64,000 nucleotides of DNA from contig JBBQUR010000019.1 in NCBI GenBank assembly GCA_038212275.1, positions 34,627-98,626 on the forward strand, given 5' to 3'. This DNA comes from Planctomycetota bacterium. GTDB taxonomy: Bacteria; Planctomycetota; B15-G4. Shown here one piece after another: positions 19,230-30,776 of this stretch (its first letter is position 1; each line of letters starts with the position of its first letter). Under the pieces are notes generated by a model that was not told the DNA's origin, searched no databases, and was given only the letters and a program-made list of their open reading frames with translations. A program made the translations under genes and the position numbers.

Positions 19230-20063
19230 GTGTGCACGCTGACGTTCGTGCCGGGCCTGCCGCTCGGCGGTTTCCTGCTGGCGCACAATCGCGATGAGTC
19301 GCTCCGGCGCGGGCCCGGCCTGCCTCCGGTGATCGGGCAGCTCGGCGCCGCACGGATCATGGCGCCGCGCGACACCGATGCGGGCGGCACCTGGCTCGGC
19401 GTGGACAGCCGCGGCCGCTGCCTCGCCATCCTCAACGGCGACCGTCCGTCCGTGACGCCGACGCCCGCCGACGCCCGCAGTCGCGGACTGCTCGTCATGG
19501 ACCTGCTCGCCGACGCGCGGCCCGCCGCGGTGCGCGCGCGCCTGGAACGCCAGGTCGCCGAAGGCTCGCTGCGCAGCAGGTCCTTCAAGCTCGTGGTCGT
19601 GGAGAGCGGCGATGGCCCGGGTGCCGAGGCGCCGCAGGCTCGGCTCCTGCGCATCGACTGGGACGGACTGCAACTTGCCTTCACGGAGCTTTCCGGTCCG
19701 CAGTGCATCGTGTCGAGCACCTACGCGTCGGACGCCGTGGAGAGCGCACGACGCGCCGCCTTCGCGCGGCTCCTCGACACGCTGCCGCTCGAGGCGGGCG
19801 CGCCTCGCGGGTCGGAGTCTCGAAGTCGCGTGGACGACCCGGCAGTCGTCGCGGCCGCGCTGCGGGCCTTTCACGCGGGACACGCGCCGTCCGCGCCGCA
19901 GGGTGATGCCTTCTCGGTGTGCATGCACCGCCCCGATGCGCGCACGGTGAGCCGCACGCTGCTGATCGTCGGCCCGCGCGAGATCCGCATGGAGTACACG
20001 GCCGGCTGGCCTTGCGCCGGCGCCGAGGCCGTCGTCACGAGCATGGAGCGTCGACCCGGATAG
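19230..20063 (+). CDS. NRDE/TANGO2 family protein (Ntn-hydrolase fold)
   Basis: Starts MCT; HNRDE, GGTWLG, SRGLLV, ARTVS. Confidence 0.9.
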   Translation: MCTLTFVPGLPLGGFLLAHNRDESLRRGPGLPPVIGQLGAARIMAPRDTDAGGTWLGVDSRGRCLAILNGDRPSVTPTPADARSRGLLVMDLLADARPAAVRARLERQVAEGSLRSRSFKLVVVESGDGPGAEAPQARLLRIDWDGLQLAFTELSGPQCIVSSTYASDAVESARRAAFARLLDTLPLEAGAPRGSESRSRVDDPAVVAAALRAFHAGHAPSAPQGDAFSVCMHRPDARTVSRTLLIVGPREIRMEYTAGWPCAGAEAVVTSMERRPG

Positions 20064-20195
20064 CCGCCTGTCGGACGCGGCACGTGCCCGGCGCGACGCG
20101 ACAGGTGCGAGGCAGCACAGATGGCGCGGTGCTCGGCCGGCACCGTGATGCGGGGCCGGGGCGATGTCGCACGCGCTCTGCGCTACCATCGCGTC

Positions 20196-21341
20196 GTGAC
20201 GGACGATGTCGTGACACTCACCGAGCAGCTCGTGGCGCGGGACAGCGCACCGGGCCGCAGCACGGAGCCCGCGGTTGCGCTGCTCGCGGAGCGGCTTGCG
20301 GCCGCCGGTGCGCGCGTCACGCTGCAGGACGGTACGCACGGTGGCGTGACGCAGCGCAATCTCGTGGCGCGCTTCGGCGGCGCCGGCCCCGCGGGCCTGG
20401 TGCTCGCCGGACACATCGACACCGTGCCATGGCAGGTCGGCAATCGCGCGACCTCGACGCCCGAGCGCGACGGCCGCACGCTCTTCGGCCGCGGCGCCTG
20501 CGACATGAAGGGCCCCATCGCCGCGCAGGTGCTCGCCGCGGAGCGCGCGCTGCGTGGCGCGGTGTTGCGGCGGCCGCTTGTCCTGCTCTACAGCTATGCG
20601 GAGGAAATCGGCTGCCACGGGGCGCTCGCGCTCGTCAGCCGACCGGAACTTCTGGGCGATGTCGCCGGCGCGGCGTGCCTCGTCGGCGAGCCGACCGGGC
20701 TCGTGCCGATCGTTGCGCACAAGGGCTACGCGGTGGCCACGCTGACGCTGCGCGGTCGGCCCGCGCACAGCAGCAACCCCTGGGCGGGCGCGGACGCGTC
20801 CGTCGCGCTGGGCGTGCTGCTGCCGGGTCTGCACGCGCTGCGCGAGGAACTGCGGCGTGAAGGCGACCCGCGTTGCGGCCTCACGCCGCCGTGCACCACG
20901 CTCAACACGGGCATGATCTCCGCCGGCACCGCGGCCAATGTCGTACCCGACCGCGCCGAGGTGCGCCTCGAGTGGCGCCCGCTGCCCGGCTTCGACGGCG
21001 ACGCGCTGCGCGCTCGCGTGGCGGCACTGCTCGAACGCGCGTGCCAGGCTGCGCCCGGCGTGCACGGCGAACTGCACTGGCCCGCGCCGCTGCCGCCTTT
21101 TCGCCAGCCCCGGGAGCATCCGCTGGTGAGCTGGCTCGCGGGACGCGCCGGCCACGCGCCTGGCAGCGTGGCTTTCTACACGGAGGCCGAGCTCTATCGC
21201 GCGGCGTTCTCGCTGCCGACGGTCGTGTGCGGCCCGGGCTCCATCGACCAGGCGCACCGCGTGGACGAGTCCATCCTGTTCGATGAGCTGGAAGCCGGGC
21301 TGGCGCTCTACGGAGATGCCGTCGCGGAGTTCTGCGGCTGA
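20196..21341 (+). CDS. argE: M20 family acetylornithine deacetylase
   Basis: GHIDTVP, GRGACDMKG, EEIGC, GEPT, AHKG, GPGSIDQAHRVDE. Confidence 0.8.
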   Translation: MTDDVVTLTEQLVARDSAPGRSTEPAVALLAERLAAAGARVTLQDGTHGGVTQRNLVARFGGAGPAGLVLAGHIDTVPWQVGNRATSTPERDGRTLFGRGACDMKGPIAAQVLAAERALRGAVLRRPLVLLYSYAEEIGCHGALALVSRPELLGDVAGAACLVGEPTGLVPIVAHKGYAVATLTLRGRPAHSSNPWAGADASVALGVLLPGLHALREELRREGDPRCGLTPPCTTLNTGMISAGTAANVVPDRAEVRLEWRPLPGFDGDALRARVAALLERACQAAPGVHGELHWPAPLPPFRQPREHPLVSWLAGRAGHAPGSVAFYTEAELYRAAFSLPTVVCGPGSIDQAHRVDESILFDELEAGLALYGDAVAEFCG

Positions 21342-21366
21342 GTCCGGCCGGGTCGGATCCGTGCGC

Positions 21367-22047
21367 TCATGCTTCCGGTCGGCCCACGATCACCGTCGGC
21401 CGCATGCCGAGGAAGAGGCCCGTCTCCACGATGCCCGGATGGAGCTTGAGGCGTCGCGCCACCTCGTCCGGCGCGGCAATGCCGCCGTCGAAGCGGACGT
21501 CGATGATCCAGTGGCCTTCGTCCGTGACGAGCGGGGCCCCGCTCGTCGTGACGCGCAGCAGCGGGCGCCCGCCGAGTTCCGCAAAGAGCGCGTCGTGACT
21601 GCGGTGCCCGAAAGGCACGACCTCGACCGGCAGCGGTGCGCGCGTGCCGAGCCGCTCCACGAGCTTCGACGCGTCGACGACGATGGCCAGGTGCCGCGAC
21701 GCCGTGGCGACGATCTTCTCGCGCAACAGCGCTGCGCCGAGTCCCTTGATCAGGTTGCCCTCGGGGTCGACCTCGTCGGCGCCGTCGATGCTGAGGTCGA
21801 GGACGGGGCGCGAGTCCAGGTCGGTGACCGGCACTCCGGCGCGCACGGCCCGTTCGTGCGTGGCTCGCGAGGTGGGCACGCCGACGATGTCGGAGAGCCG
21901 CCCGTCGCGCAGGCGCCGGCCGAGTTCATCGACGACGAGCACCGCCGTCGACCCGCTGCCCAGCCCGAGCACCATGCCGGAGACGACGAGGTCCACGGCC
22001 TGCAACGCAGCTCGCTGCTTGGCATCGTTCTGGCGATCGGCGTTCAT
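21367..22047 (-). CDS. rpiA: Ribose-5-phosphate isomerase A
   Basis: GLGSGST, DGADEVD, LLREK, PVEV. Confidence 0.95.
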   Translation of the reverse strand: MNADRQNDAKQRAALQAVDLVVSGMVLGLGSGSTAVLVVDELGRRLRDGRLSDIVGVPTSRATHERAVRAGVPVTDLDSRPVLDLSIDGADEVDPEGNLIKGLGAALLREKIVATASRHLAIVVDASKLVERLGTRAPLPVEVVPFGHRSHDALFAELGGRPLLRVTTSGAPLVTDEGHWIIDVRFDGGIAAPDEVARRLKLHPGIVETGLFLGMRPTVIVGRPEA

Positions 22048-22108
22048 GCGGGGTTCTCCGGCGCGGCTCGATCGTCGCGGAGCTCGCGCAACGCCGCGCC
22101 GAGCCGCC

Positions 22109-22911
<803 letters not shown>

Positions 22912-22915
<4 letters not shown>

Positions 22916-25905
22916 CGGCCGCGCTCCGCGGCGTGCTCGCGGTCGAGGTCCAGCGTGCGCTGGTGCGCCTCGCGCAGCGCGGCCAGTTCGCAGCGCAGCA
23001 CGGGCGTGCTGCCGTCGCGGAGGTCGAGCACGCTCTCGGCGGTCGTCCGGCCGATGAGCGTGTGCGGCACGTCGGCGAGGAGCTTGTGCAGTTCCTCGCG
23101 GCGTTCCGGCGCCACCTCGACGAGGAAGCGCGAGGCGCTCTCGGCGAAGAGCCGGCGCGGCAGGTCCGGCGCGCCGCGCACCGGCATGGCGGCGACGTCG
23201 AGCGACAGGCCGACGCCGCCCGCGAAGGCCATTTCGGCCGCGGCGACGGCGAGGCCGCCTTCGGAAAGATCGTGGCACGAGAGCAGCAGGCCGCGCGCGA
23301 TGGCTGCATGCACGGCGCGCAGGAGCTTCGGCGCCAGCACGAGATCCACCGGCGGGACCTCTGCGCCGGATGCGCCGAGGGCGTGCGCCAGGTGGCTGCC
23401 GCCGAGTTCCGGGCCCGTGATGCCGAGGATGAGCACGTCGTGGCCCGGGCCCTTGAGGTCCATCGTGCAGGCTCGACCGATGTCGGGCACGATCGCGAGC
23501 GCGGTGATGAGCAGCGTCGGCGGGATGGAGAGGCTGACGCCGCCCTCGCGGTAGTCGTTGTTGAGGCTGTCCTTGCCGGAGATGAATGGCGTGCGGAAGG
23601 CCATCGCGCCGTCGTAGCAGGCGTCGCAGGCCTGCACGAGGTCGCCGAGATTCTCGGGCCTCTCGCAGTTGCCCCACGAGAAGTTGTCGAGGATGGAGGT
23701 CTGCTCCGGGTCGCCGCCCACGGCGACGACGTTGCGCAGCGCCTCGTCGATCGCATGCAGCGCCATGCGGTACGGATCCACGTCGCCGAGACAGGGATTG
23801 ATGCCGCACGCCACCGCGAAGCCGCGCCGGCTGCCCGGCACTGGCGCGATGACCGCACCGTCCGACGGCCCGTCGCGCCGCGGCCCGGTGAGCGGCTTCA
23901 CGACCGAGCCCGCGAGCACCTCGTGGTCGTACTGGCGGATGATCCATTCCTTGCTGGCGATGTTGGGCGCCGCCAGCAGCGACAACAGCAATTCGCCGGC
24001 GCGCGTGCCGCCGTGCGCGGCCGCCGCTTGCGTGCCCGCCGACTGCGTGCCCGACGACTGCGCAGCTGCGTGCGGCGGCCCCGTGAGCGCGAGCTGCGCC
24101 GGCGTGGGGTCGGCCAGCGTGCGCTTGCGCTTCACGGCGGTGCGCGTGCGGCGCGGCAGGCCCTTGTGCAGGAAGTCCATGGAGAGGTCCATGACGGGCG
24201 TGCCGGCGAACTCCGCGGTGAGGCGACCGCTGCCGTTGAAGGTGCCGATGACAGTGGCCTCGACGTCCTCGGCGGCGAAGACCGCGAGCAGCGCGCGCTC
24301 GTGCTCCGGCGGCACGGCGAAGACCATGCGTTCCTGCGCTTCGCTGATCCAGATCTCGCGGTAGGTGAGGCCGTGGTACTTGAGCGGCACGCGGTCGAGC
24401 AGCACGTGCGCGCCGTGGCTGCCCTCGCCCATCTCGCCGACGGCGGAGGACAACCCGCCCGCGCCGCAGTCCGTCACGCCGCGGTAGAGGCCGAGGTCGC
24501 GTGCAATGAGCAGCGCGTCCATGAGCTTCTTCTCCTCGATCGCGTTGCCGATCTGCACCGCGCCGGAAGAGACCGTCTCGCTTTCCTCGTGCAGTTCCTG
24601 GCTGGAGAAGGTCGCGCCGTGGATGCCGTCGCGGCCCGTGCGTCCGCCGGCGACGACGATGAGATCGCCGGGACGGACTTCCTTGTGCAGGCGGTTGGCC
24701 GGCAGCAGGCCGATGCTGCCGCAGTAGACCAGCGGGTTGCCCACGTAGCGCGGATCGAAACACACCGCGCCGTTCACGGTGGGGATGCCCATGCGATTGC
24801 CGTAGTCGCGCACGCCGGAGACGACGCCCTTCATGACGCGCAGCGGGTGCAGGCTGCCCTTGGGCACCTTGCTCGCCGGCAGGTCCGGCGGGCCGAAGCA
24901 GAAGACGTCCGTGCTGGCGATGGGGCGCGCGCCGAGGCCCGTGCCCAGCGTGTCGCGGAGCACGCCGCCGAGCCCGGTGCCTGCGCCGCCGTAGGGCTCG
25001 ATCGCCGACGGGTGATTGTGCGTCTCGACCTTGAAGGTGAGGTGATGCGTGTCGTCGAAGGCGACGACGCCCGCGTTGTCCACGAAGACCGACTTGCAGA
25101 AGGGCCGGTTCAGCTCGTGCGTGGCGCGGGCGATCGTGGACTTCAGCAGGTTGTCGCGCAGCGTGCCTTCGTATTGCACGAGGCCCGTGAGCGTCTTGTG
25201 CTTGCAGTGCTCGGACCAGGTCTGCGCGAGCGTTTCCAGTTCGATGTCGGTGGGTTCGCGCGCCTCGCTGCGGAAGTGGCCCTGGACGGCGGCCATCTCG
25301 GTGGCGTCCAGCGCGAGGCAGCCCTCGGTGGAGAGCCGCGAGAGCTCGGCGGCGCTGGCCTCGCGCAGCGGCACGTGCTGCAGGCGGAAGGGCGCGTCGG
25401 GCAGGTCGGCCACCGGTGCGATGCCCGTGGCCGGATCGAGTCGCACCTCCTCGATGGCGAGATTGGCCAGCAGGCCGCTGCCCAGCCGCGCGAGCAGCGC
25501 CTTGTCGGTGCCGGCCGGGAAGACGAAGGCCTGCCAGCTGCGCACGTCGGAGACCTGCAGCGAGAGGCGCTTCGCCGCGCGCAGCACGCTCTGCGCGGAG
25601 GGGTCCATGACGCCCGGGAGGCGCACCACCTCGAGGCGCGTGGTGTCGGGCTCCGCCGGGCTGCTGCCCGAGGGAAACAGGCGCACCGTGTTCATCACCG
25701 GGTCGCAGAGGAAGCGCTCCGCCAGCGTGCGGGCCGCGGCTGCGCCGCCGACCACGTGAAGCGACCAGCCGCGCCGGGACTGCACGCCGTCCGGGAGAGC
25801 CATGCCGAGCTCGGCCGCCTGGCGCAGGAGCCGCGCCGCGACGACGTCCTTGCGCTCGGGGCGGATGCCGATCTCGATGCAGACGGAGGTCGTGTCGCTG
25901 TCCAC
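22912..25905 (-). CDS. purL: Phosphoribosylformylglycinamidine synthase subunit PurL with N-terminal PurS-like extension
   Basis: WSEHCKHK, ETHNHPS, TGRDGIHG, DCGAGG, SEAQERM, QYDHEV, HDLSEGG. Confidence 0.95.
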
Positions 25906-26011
25906 GGGTGCCGGGCGGTGTCCTGCGGGGAGTCGGCCACGATAGCCAAACGGCCCCCGGGCGAGACACCCGCTACCTCAGGCGGGGTGCCGGCGGCTAC
26001 GATTCCGCGCC

Positions 26012-27025
26012 ATGCCCCGATCCAAGCTGCAGCATCCCGCGCTCAAGAACGCGCTCGCCTTCGAGAAGCCGGTCCGCGAGCTGGACGTGCAGATCGAAGA
26101 ACTCACCACGGCCGCCGCGCTCGAAGCCTCCGGTGGCAAGCCTCAGCCGCCCAGCCCAGCTCTCACGCAACTCATCGCCAAACGCGACAAGCTGCTCGAG
26201 GAGTTGCAGCGAGACCTGAGCATCTGGAAGCGCATCCAGCTGTCGCGCCACACGGAGCGGCCCGTGTCGTCCGACTACTTCGAGCTCATGCTGACCGATG
26301 TCATCGAGCTGCACGGCGACCGACTCTACGGCGACGATCGCGCTATCTTCACGGGATTTGCCACCCTTCAGGGGCGCAAGATCATGGTCGTGGCGCACCG
26401 CAAGGGGCGCACGACGCAGGAGCGCATCGAGTGCAACTGGGGCTGCGCGCACCCTGAAGGCTACCGCAAGGCGCTGCGCTGCATGCAGCTCGCGGAGCGC
26501 CAGAACCTGCCCATCCTCACGCTGATCAACACGCCCGGCGCCTATCCGGGCATCGGTGCCGAGGAGCGCGGCCAGGCCAGCGCCATCGCCTGGAGCATCC
26601 TGGAGATGTTCCGGCTCAAGGTGCCGGTGGTGTCCGTCGTCATCGGCGAGGGCGGCTCCGGCGGGGCGCTCGGTATCGGTGTCTGCGACCGGCTGCTGGT
26701 CCTCGAGAACGCCTACTACTCCGTGATCTCCCCCGAAGGCTGCGCCTCCATCCTCTGGAAGGACGGCGCGCGCTCGGAGGAGGCCGCGATCTCGCTCAAG
26801 CTGGCCAGCTCCACGCTGCTGGAGTTGGGCGTCGCGGACGAGATCGTGCCCGAGCCGATGGGCGGGGCGCACCGGGACAAGGCGGGCATGGCGGCCGTGC
26901 TCAAGGAGGCGCTCATCCGGCACTTCGATGAGCTTTCGGCCCTCTCGCCGGCTGAACGGGGCACGCTCCGGGCCGCCAAGTACCGCAACCTCGGCACCTA
27001 CGTGGGCAGTTCCGTCCCGAGCTGA
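26012..27025 (+). CDS. accA: Acetyl-CoA carboxylase carboxyltransferase alpha subunit
   Basis: ELHGDR, PEGYRKALR, TPGAYPG, GEGGSGGAL, ISPEGCASILW. Confidence 0.96.
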   Translation: MPRSKLQHPALKNALAFEKPVRELDVQIEELTTAAALEASGGKPQPPSPALTQLIAKRDKLLEELQRDLSIWKRIQLSRHTERPVSSDYFELMLTDVIELHGDRLYGDDRAIFTGFATLQGRKIMVVAHRKGRTTQERIECNWGCAHPEGYRKALRCMQLAERQNLPILTLINTPGAYPGIGAEERGQASAIAWSILEMFRLKVPVVSVVIGEGGSGGALGIGVCDRLLVLENAYYSVISPEGCASILWKDGARSEEAAISLKLASSTLLELGVADEIVPEPMGGAHRDKAGMAAVLKEALIRHFDELSALSPAERGTLRAAKYRNLGTYVGSSVPS

Positions 27026-27179
27026 GGCAGAGGCTGCGGCCCGCCTCCATTCTGGGTGGGTCTGAGGCCGGGCCTGATTCCGGATGGAGGATGGCGAGGG
27101 ACGCCCGGGCGAGCGAGTATTGAGGTCGGGTCGTGCTGTGCGATCCATCACGCGCCGGAGCGGTCCCGTAGTCGGGTCC

Positions 27180-27944
27180 GTGAACTCTCCGGCGCAAAAG
27201 CTCCGCAACTGGACCGGCCCCGTGACCGAGCCGACCCGCGACGACCACGAGTTGATCCGCGCGTGCCTCGAGGGCAGCCAGGAGTCGTTCGCCGCGCTGG
27301 TGAAGCGCCACGAGCAGCGAGCCTTCTGGGCGGCCTACAAGATTCTGGGCGACGCCGACGGCGCCCGCGACGTGGCCCAGGAAGCCTTCATGCGCGTCTG
27401 GCGCGCGCTGGACCGCTTCGATTTCTCAATGGCCTTCACCACCTGGCTCTACCGCATCACGGTGAACCTCGCCATCGACCACCTGCGGCGCAACAAGCGC
27501 CACAAGGGCGTCGACATCGACGTGTTCCGCGAAGCGCTGCCGGACAAGAGCCCGGGCCAGTCGCCCGACAGCGGACAGGACAGCCGCGAGCTGGCGCGCA
27601 ACGTGCGCCTCGTGCTCGACACGCTGGACGAGAAGTACCGCACGGTCATCGCGCTGCGCGATCTCGAGGGCCTGTCGTCCAAGCAGATCGCCGACATCAC
27701 GGGCATCGCGCACGCCACGGTGCGCTGGCGCCTGCACGTCGCGCGCAAGCAGTTCCGCGAGGTGTGGAATCGCCTCGAGACCCGCAACGAGAGCCGCGCG
27801 CATCGCGAGGCGCTTGCCGAGGACGATGATGCGACCCTGCCCGGCCTGGAAGCCGCCGGCAGCCGCGAGGGCTCGGCCCGCGAGACCGGAGCGCGAAAGC
27901 CCGGCACACCACACGACACCAGCACCAGGAAGCGCACGCCGTGA
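27180..27944 (+). CDS. ECF RNA polymerase sigma factor
   Basis: ARDVAQEAF, FTTWLYRITVN, region-4 HTH (IADITG...TVRWRLH); start uncertain (27180 or 27222). Confidence 0.9.
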   Translation: MNSPAQKLRNWTGPVTEPTRDDHELIRACLEGSQESFAALVKRHEQRAFWAAYKILGDADGARDVAQEAFMRVWRALDRFDFSMAFTTWLYRITVNLAIDHLRRNKRHKGVDIDVFREALPDKSPGQSPDSGQDSRELARNVRLVLDTLDEKYRTVIALRDLEGLSSKQIADITGIAHATVRWRLHVARKQFREVWNRLETRNESRAHREALAEDDDATLPGLEAAGSREGSARETGARKPGTPHDTSTRKRTP

Positions 27945-28735
27945 TGTTCAGCCGCACCAATTGCCGTACCGTGAGAAACCTGCTGCCGCTGCACGTCGGC
28001 GGCGATCTTCCGCCGCGCCAGGCGGGCACCGTCGAGGAGCACCTGCACACCTGCCTGCCGTGCTTCCGCGATTACCGCGAACTCACGGCGATGCGCGAGC
28101 GCCTCGGCGTGCTCACGGAGCAGCCGCTGCCCGAAGGAGTCCTGGATGGTTTCGCCGACGAGATCATGGCCCGCATCGCGGTGGGCGAGCCGGGCCCGCG
28201 CGCCGAACTTCCCGCGTCGATGGAACGCGCGCGCCTGTGGCCGCGCTACGCCGCGGCCGCCGCGCTGCTCGTCGGCCTGGGCCTCGGCATGCACGCCGCC
28301 GGTGCGTGGAGCGCAGCGCCCGTCCTGCAGACGGAGACTTCGCCCGTGGCCTCCGATGTGACCTCCGATGTGACCTCCGATGTGACCTCCGATGTGACCT
28401 CCGATGTGACCTCCGATGTGGCCTCCGATGTCGGCGCGGATCCCGGCCCCGTGGCCGCGGCCGATGACCTGGGAATCTTCCCCACGCCCTTCGATGACTC
28501 GAGTCCGCATCCGCTGGCCGTCCCGCCCGTCTACGACGTGCAGGGCCATCCGACCGAGGTTGCCTCCAGCGGCCGTGGCATGCTGCCAGCCGGTGCGCGC
28601 GGCGGGATGCCGTCCTTCACCGAGGGCGCTCGCGTGCTGGTCGATGCAGCCGGTTCGCGCATCGTGCTCATGCTGCCGCAAGGCGGTGGCCTGCAGCCCG
28701 AAGACGGCCGCGAGCTGCGCCCGCGCGATCCCTGA
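27941..28735 (+). CDS. Zinc-binding (zf-HC2/ZAS) transmembrane anti-sigma factor
   Basis: HLHTCLPC (HxxxCxxC), one TM segment, overlaps the sigma stop codon. Confidence 0.85.
   Translation: MMFSRTNCRTVRNLLPLHVGGDLPPRQAGTVEEHLHTCLPCFRDYRELTAMRERLGVLTEQPLPEGVLDGFADEIMARIAVGEPGPRAELPASMERARLWPRYAAAAALLVGLGLGMHAAGAWSAAPVLQTETSPVASDVTSDVTSDVTSDVTSDVTSDVASDVGADPGPVAAADDLGIFPTPFDDSSPHPLAVPPVYDVQGHPTEVASSGRGMLPAGARGGMPSFTEGARVLVDAAGSRIVLMLPQGGGLQPEDGRELRPRDP
28346..28429. repeat. 12-bp in-frame tandem array (7 units, V(T/A)SD)
   Basis: gtg(a/g)cctccgat x7. Confidence 0.97.
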
Positions 28736-28758
28736 CGCGCCGGCCACGGCGCACACAG

Positions 28759-28884
28759 GCTGACTCGCTGTCTCCGCACAGCCCCGGAGGTGGGCGGGCA
28801 TCACCTTGAGTCCTGCGGAGGCTTAACACCTCGAACGCGCACTCAGGGTTACTGCCCTCCTTCGGTGTCGTCGCAGCGCCCAGC
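28759..28884 (+). other. Long imperfect rod-like hairpin (candidate ncRNA or palindromic element)
   Basis: Nested complementary blocks gctg/cagc, cgctg/cagcg, ccggagg/ccttcgg, gggca/tgccc, accttgagt/actcagggt, gagg/cctc; G-U wobbles favour the + strand. Confidence 0.5.
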
Positions 28885-29013
28885 TTCAATGTGGGAAGAG
28901 CATTGAAGGGGTTGGCAGGACCGCTGCCGGTGATAGGCTGGGTGAAAGGCACGCAGGATCTCGGGGTAGGGCTTCGGCCGCTCCCGATGCTCCTCGTCTG
29001 AAGGAGCCACTCG

Positions 29014-30675
29014 ATGCGCTGGCAGTTGATTCCAAAAATGTTGTGGTTCGGGACGCTTCTGACTGCCACGGCAACTCCGCAGCAGCCGCTCCTGCAACTT
29101 CAAGGCCAGCCGTACTTCGGGGGCAGCATGACACTGCATGTCACGGCTCCCGGGGCAGTCGGGCAACCCGTGCTCCTGGGTTTCGGCCTCAATCCGCTGC
29201 CGCTCAGTGGACCCATCAACACGGGCAAGGGGCCGTTCTACATCGGGAACCTGACGTCGGTCATCGTGCTTGGCGCGATTCCGGCCAACGGGCGCTTCGA
29301 CTTTCCGTTCACGATGCCTGCGCCGATCGCCGGTGCTGAGGGAATCGCGATCAGCCTTCAGGCGTATGTCGCGTCACGGCTCAGCAACCCTGCGACAATC
29401 GTGCTGGATCAGCCTTATTACGTTCCGGCAGATGCACAGATTCTCGTGTCACCGAACCCGACGACGGCAGGACTTTTCGGCGACCGGCTTGAAACGGGCG
29501 ATCTCAATGGCGACGGCGCCATGGATATTGTCGTCGGTGCGTGGTTCGAAGATGCAGGGGGGCTTGACCATTCGGGTCGCGCACACGTTTTTTGGGGGCC
29601 GAACCTGCTTGCCACGACGACGCTCGACCCTCCTTCGCCAATCCCATTCGGCCTGTTTGGTCAGGGTCTTTCGGTCGCCGATTTCAATGGGGACGGCATC
29701 GATGATCTGGTTGTCAGTGAGGGGAATGGAGATCCGCCGCCCGCAGGCGCTGCAGGTCACTTTTACGTGTATCGCGGAGGTGCTGTGTTCTCCAGCGCTC
29801 CGACGCTCGTGAAGGCAAGCGTCGGCACGGGAGATCCGTATCAGGAGTTCGGTCATCGTTCCGTTGTTCAGGATCTCACCAATGACGGAGTACCTGATAT
29901 CGCGGTTGGACTTCCGATCTCGATCGTACAAGGGATCCAGAAGGCGGGTCGGGTCGAGATTTACCAGGGTCCGGACTTCACCGGAGGCCCTGTCGTGGTT
30001 GCTCCGGATCTCGGCACGAATGGCTTCTTCGGCGATCATCTTGCTACGGGAGATGTGAACGGCGATTCTATCATGGACCTCATCGTGGGAGCGCCGCGCA
30101 AGCCAGTCGGCAGCCTCGCCTCGATGGGACGTGTCTACCTGTTCGCAGGACCTGATTTCGTGCCGCTCAAGACCATCGAGCACCCCGATCCGTCAGGCAT
30201 CAACTCGCGCTTTGGAAACGATGTCGTCGCTCGCGATCTGAACGGGGACAGTATCGACGACGTGATCGCAACCGATCAGAGAAACCACGCCTATGTGTTC
30301 TGGTCTCCGACGTTCGAGGCGTATACGCGAATCACCCGGCCACCTGATCCGGTGACAGGTACTGCGATCAGTACCTCATTCGGCTACTTCGCAGCATGTG
30401 GCGATGTGAATGGCGATGGCCTTGCAGACATCGTTGTGGCTGATCCGTATGCCTCAGGAAAGGGGCGCGCCTACGCAGCATTGGCGCCCTACTATTCTTC
30501 GTTGCTGTTGCTGTTCGATCAGGCGCCCGAGAGCGGCGCCGAGTTCGGCTGGGGCGTGCGGCTTCGCGACCTCAATGGCGATGGTCGTCTCGAACTGCTT
30601 GTCGGGAGCGATCTGGCCGACCCAGGAGGCGTGTCCGGGGCAGGACATGTGACAATTTTTTCAAGCAACAAATAA
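29014..30675 (+). CDS. Secreted FG-GAP/integrin-alpha repeat beta-propeller protein
   Basis: AAGGAG RBS, signal peptide, repeats of FG...GD(L/V)NGDG..D..VGA...G. Confidence 0.9.
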   Translation: MRWQLIPKMLWFGTLLTATATPQQPLLQLQGQPYFGGSMTLHVTAPGAVGQPVLLGFGLNPLPLSGPINTGKGPFYIGNLTSVIVLGAIPANGRFDFPFTMPAPIAGAEGIAISLQAYVASRLSNPATIVLDQPYYVPADAQILVSPNPTTAGLFGDRLETGDLNGDGAMDIVVGAWFEDAGGLDHSGRAHVFWGPNLLATTTLDPPSPIPFGLFGQGLSVADFNGDGIDDLVVSEGNGDPPPAGAAGHFYVYRGGAVFSSAPTLVKASVGTGDPYQEFGHRSVVQDLTNDGVPDIAVGLPISIVQGIQKAGRVEIYQGPDFTGGPVVVAPDLGTNGFFGDHLATGDVNGDSIMDLIVGAPRKPVGSLASMGRVYLFAGPDFVPLKTIEHPDPSGINSRFGNDVVARDLNGDSIDDVIATDQRNHAYVFWSPTFEAYTRITRPPDPVTGTAISTSFGYFAACGDVNGDGLADIVVADPYASGKGRAYAALAPYYSSLLLLFDQAPESGAEFGWGVRLRDLNGDGRLELLVGSDLADPGGVSGAGHVTIFSSNK

Positions 30676-30776
30676 TATACATTATTCCAGAAGGGGGCTA
30701 GCTAGTGAATAGCTCATAAAAGGTCGGGCTGAGAAGTATTGTAGTCTTCATTGCATTCTTATCACCAGCAAGCGCG

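Noticed and set aside
25906..26011. ZTP or PRPP riboswitch upstream of purL
   Set aside because: The leader is short and lacks the conserved aptamer sequences.
28759..28884. SRP RNA, canonical 6S RNA or integron attC
   Set aside because: No CAGG...GGAA...AGCAG motif, no large central bubble, no RYYYAAC/GTTRRRY ends; kept only as an unassigned hairpin.
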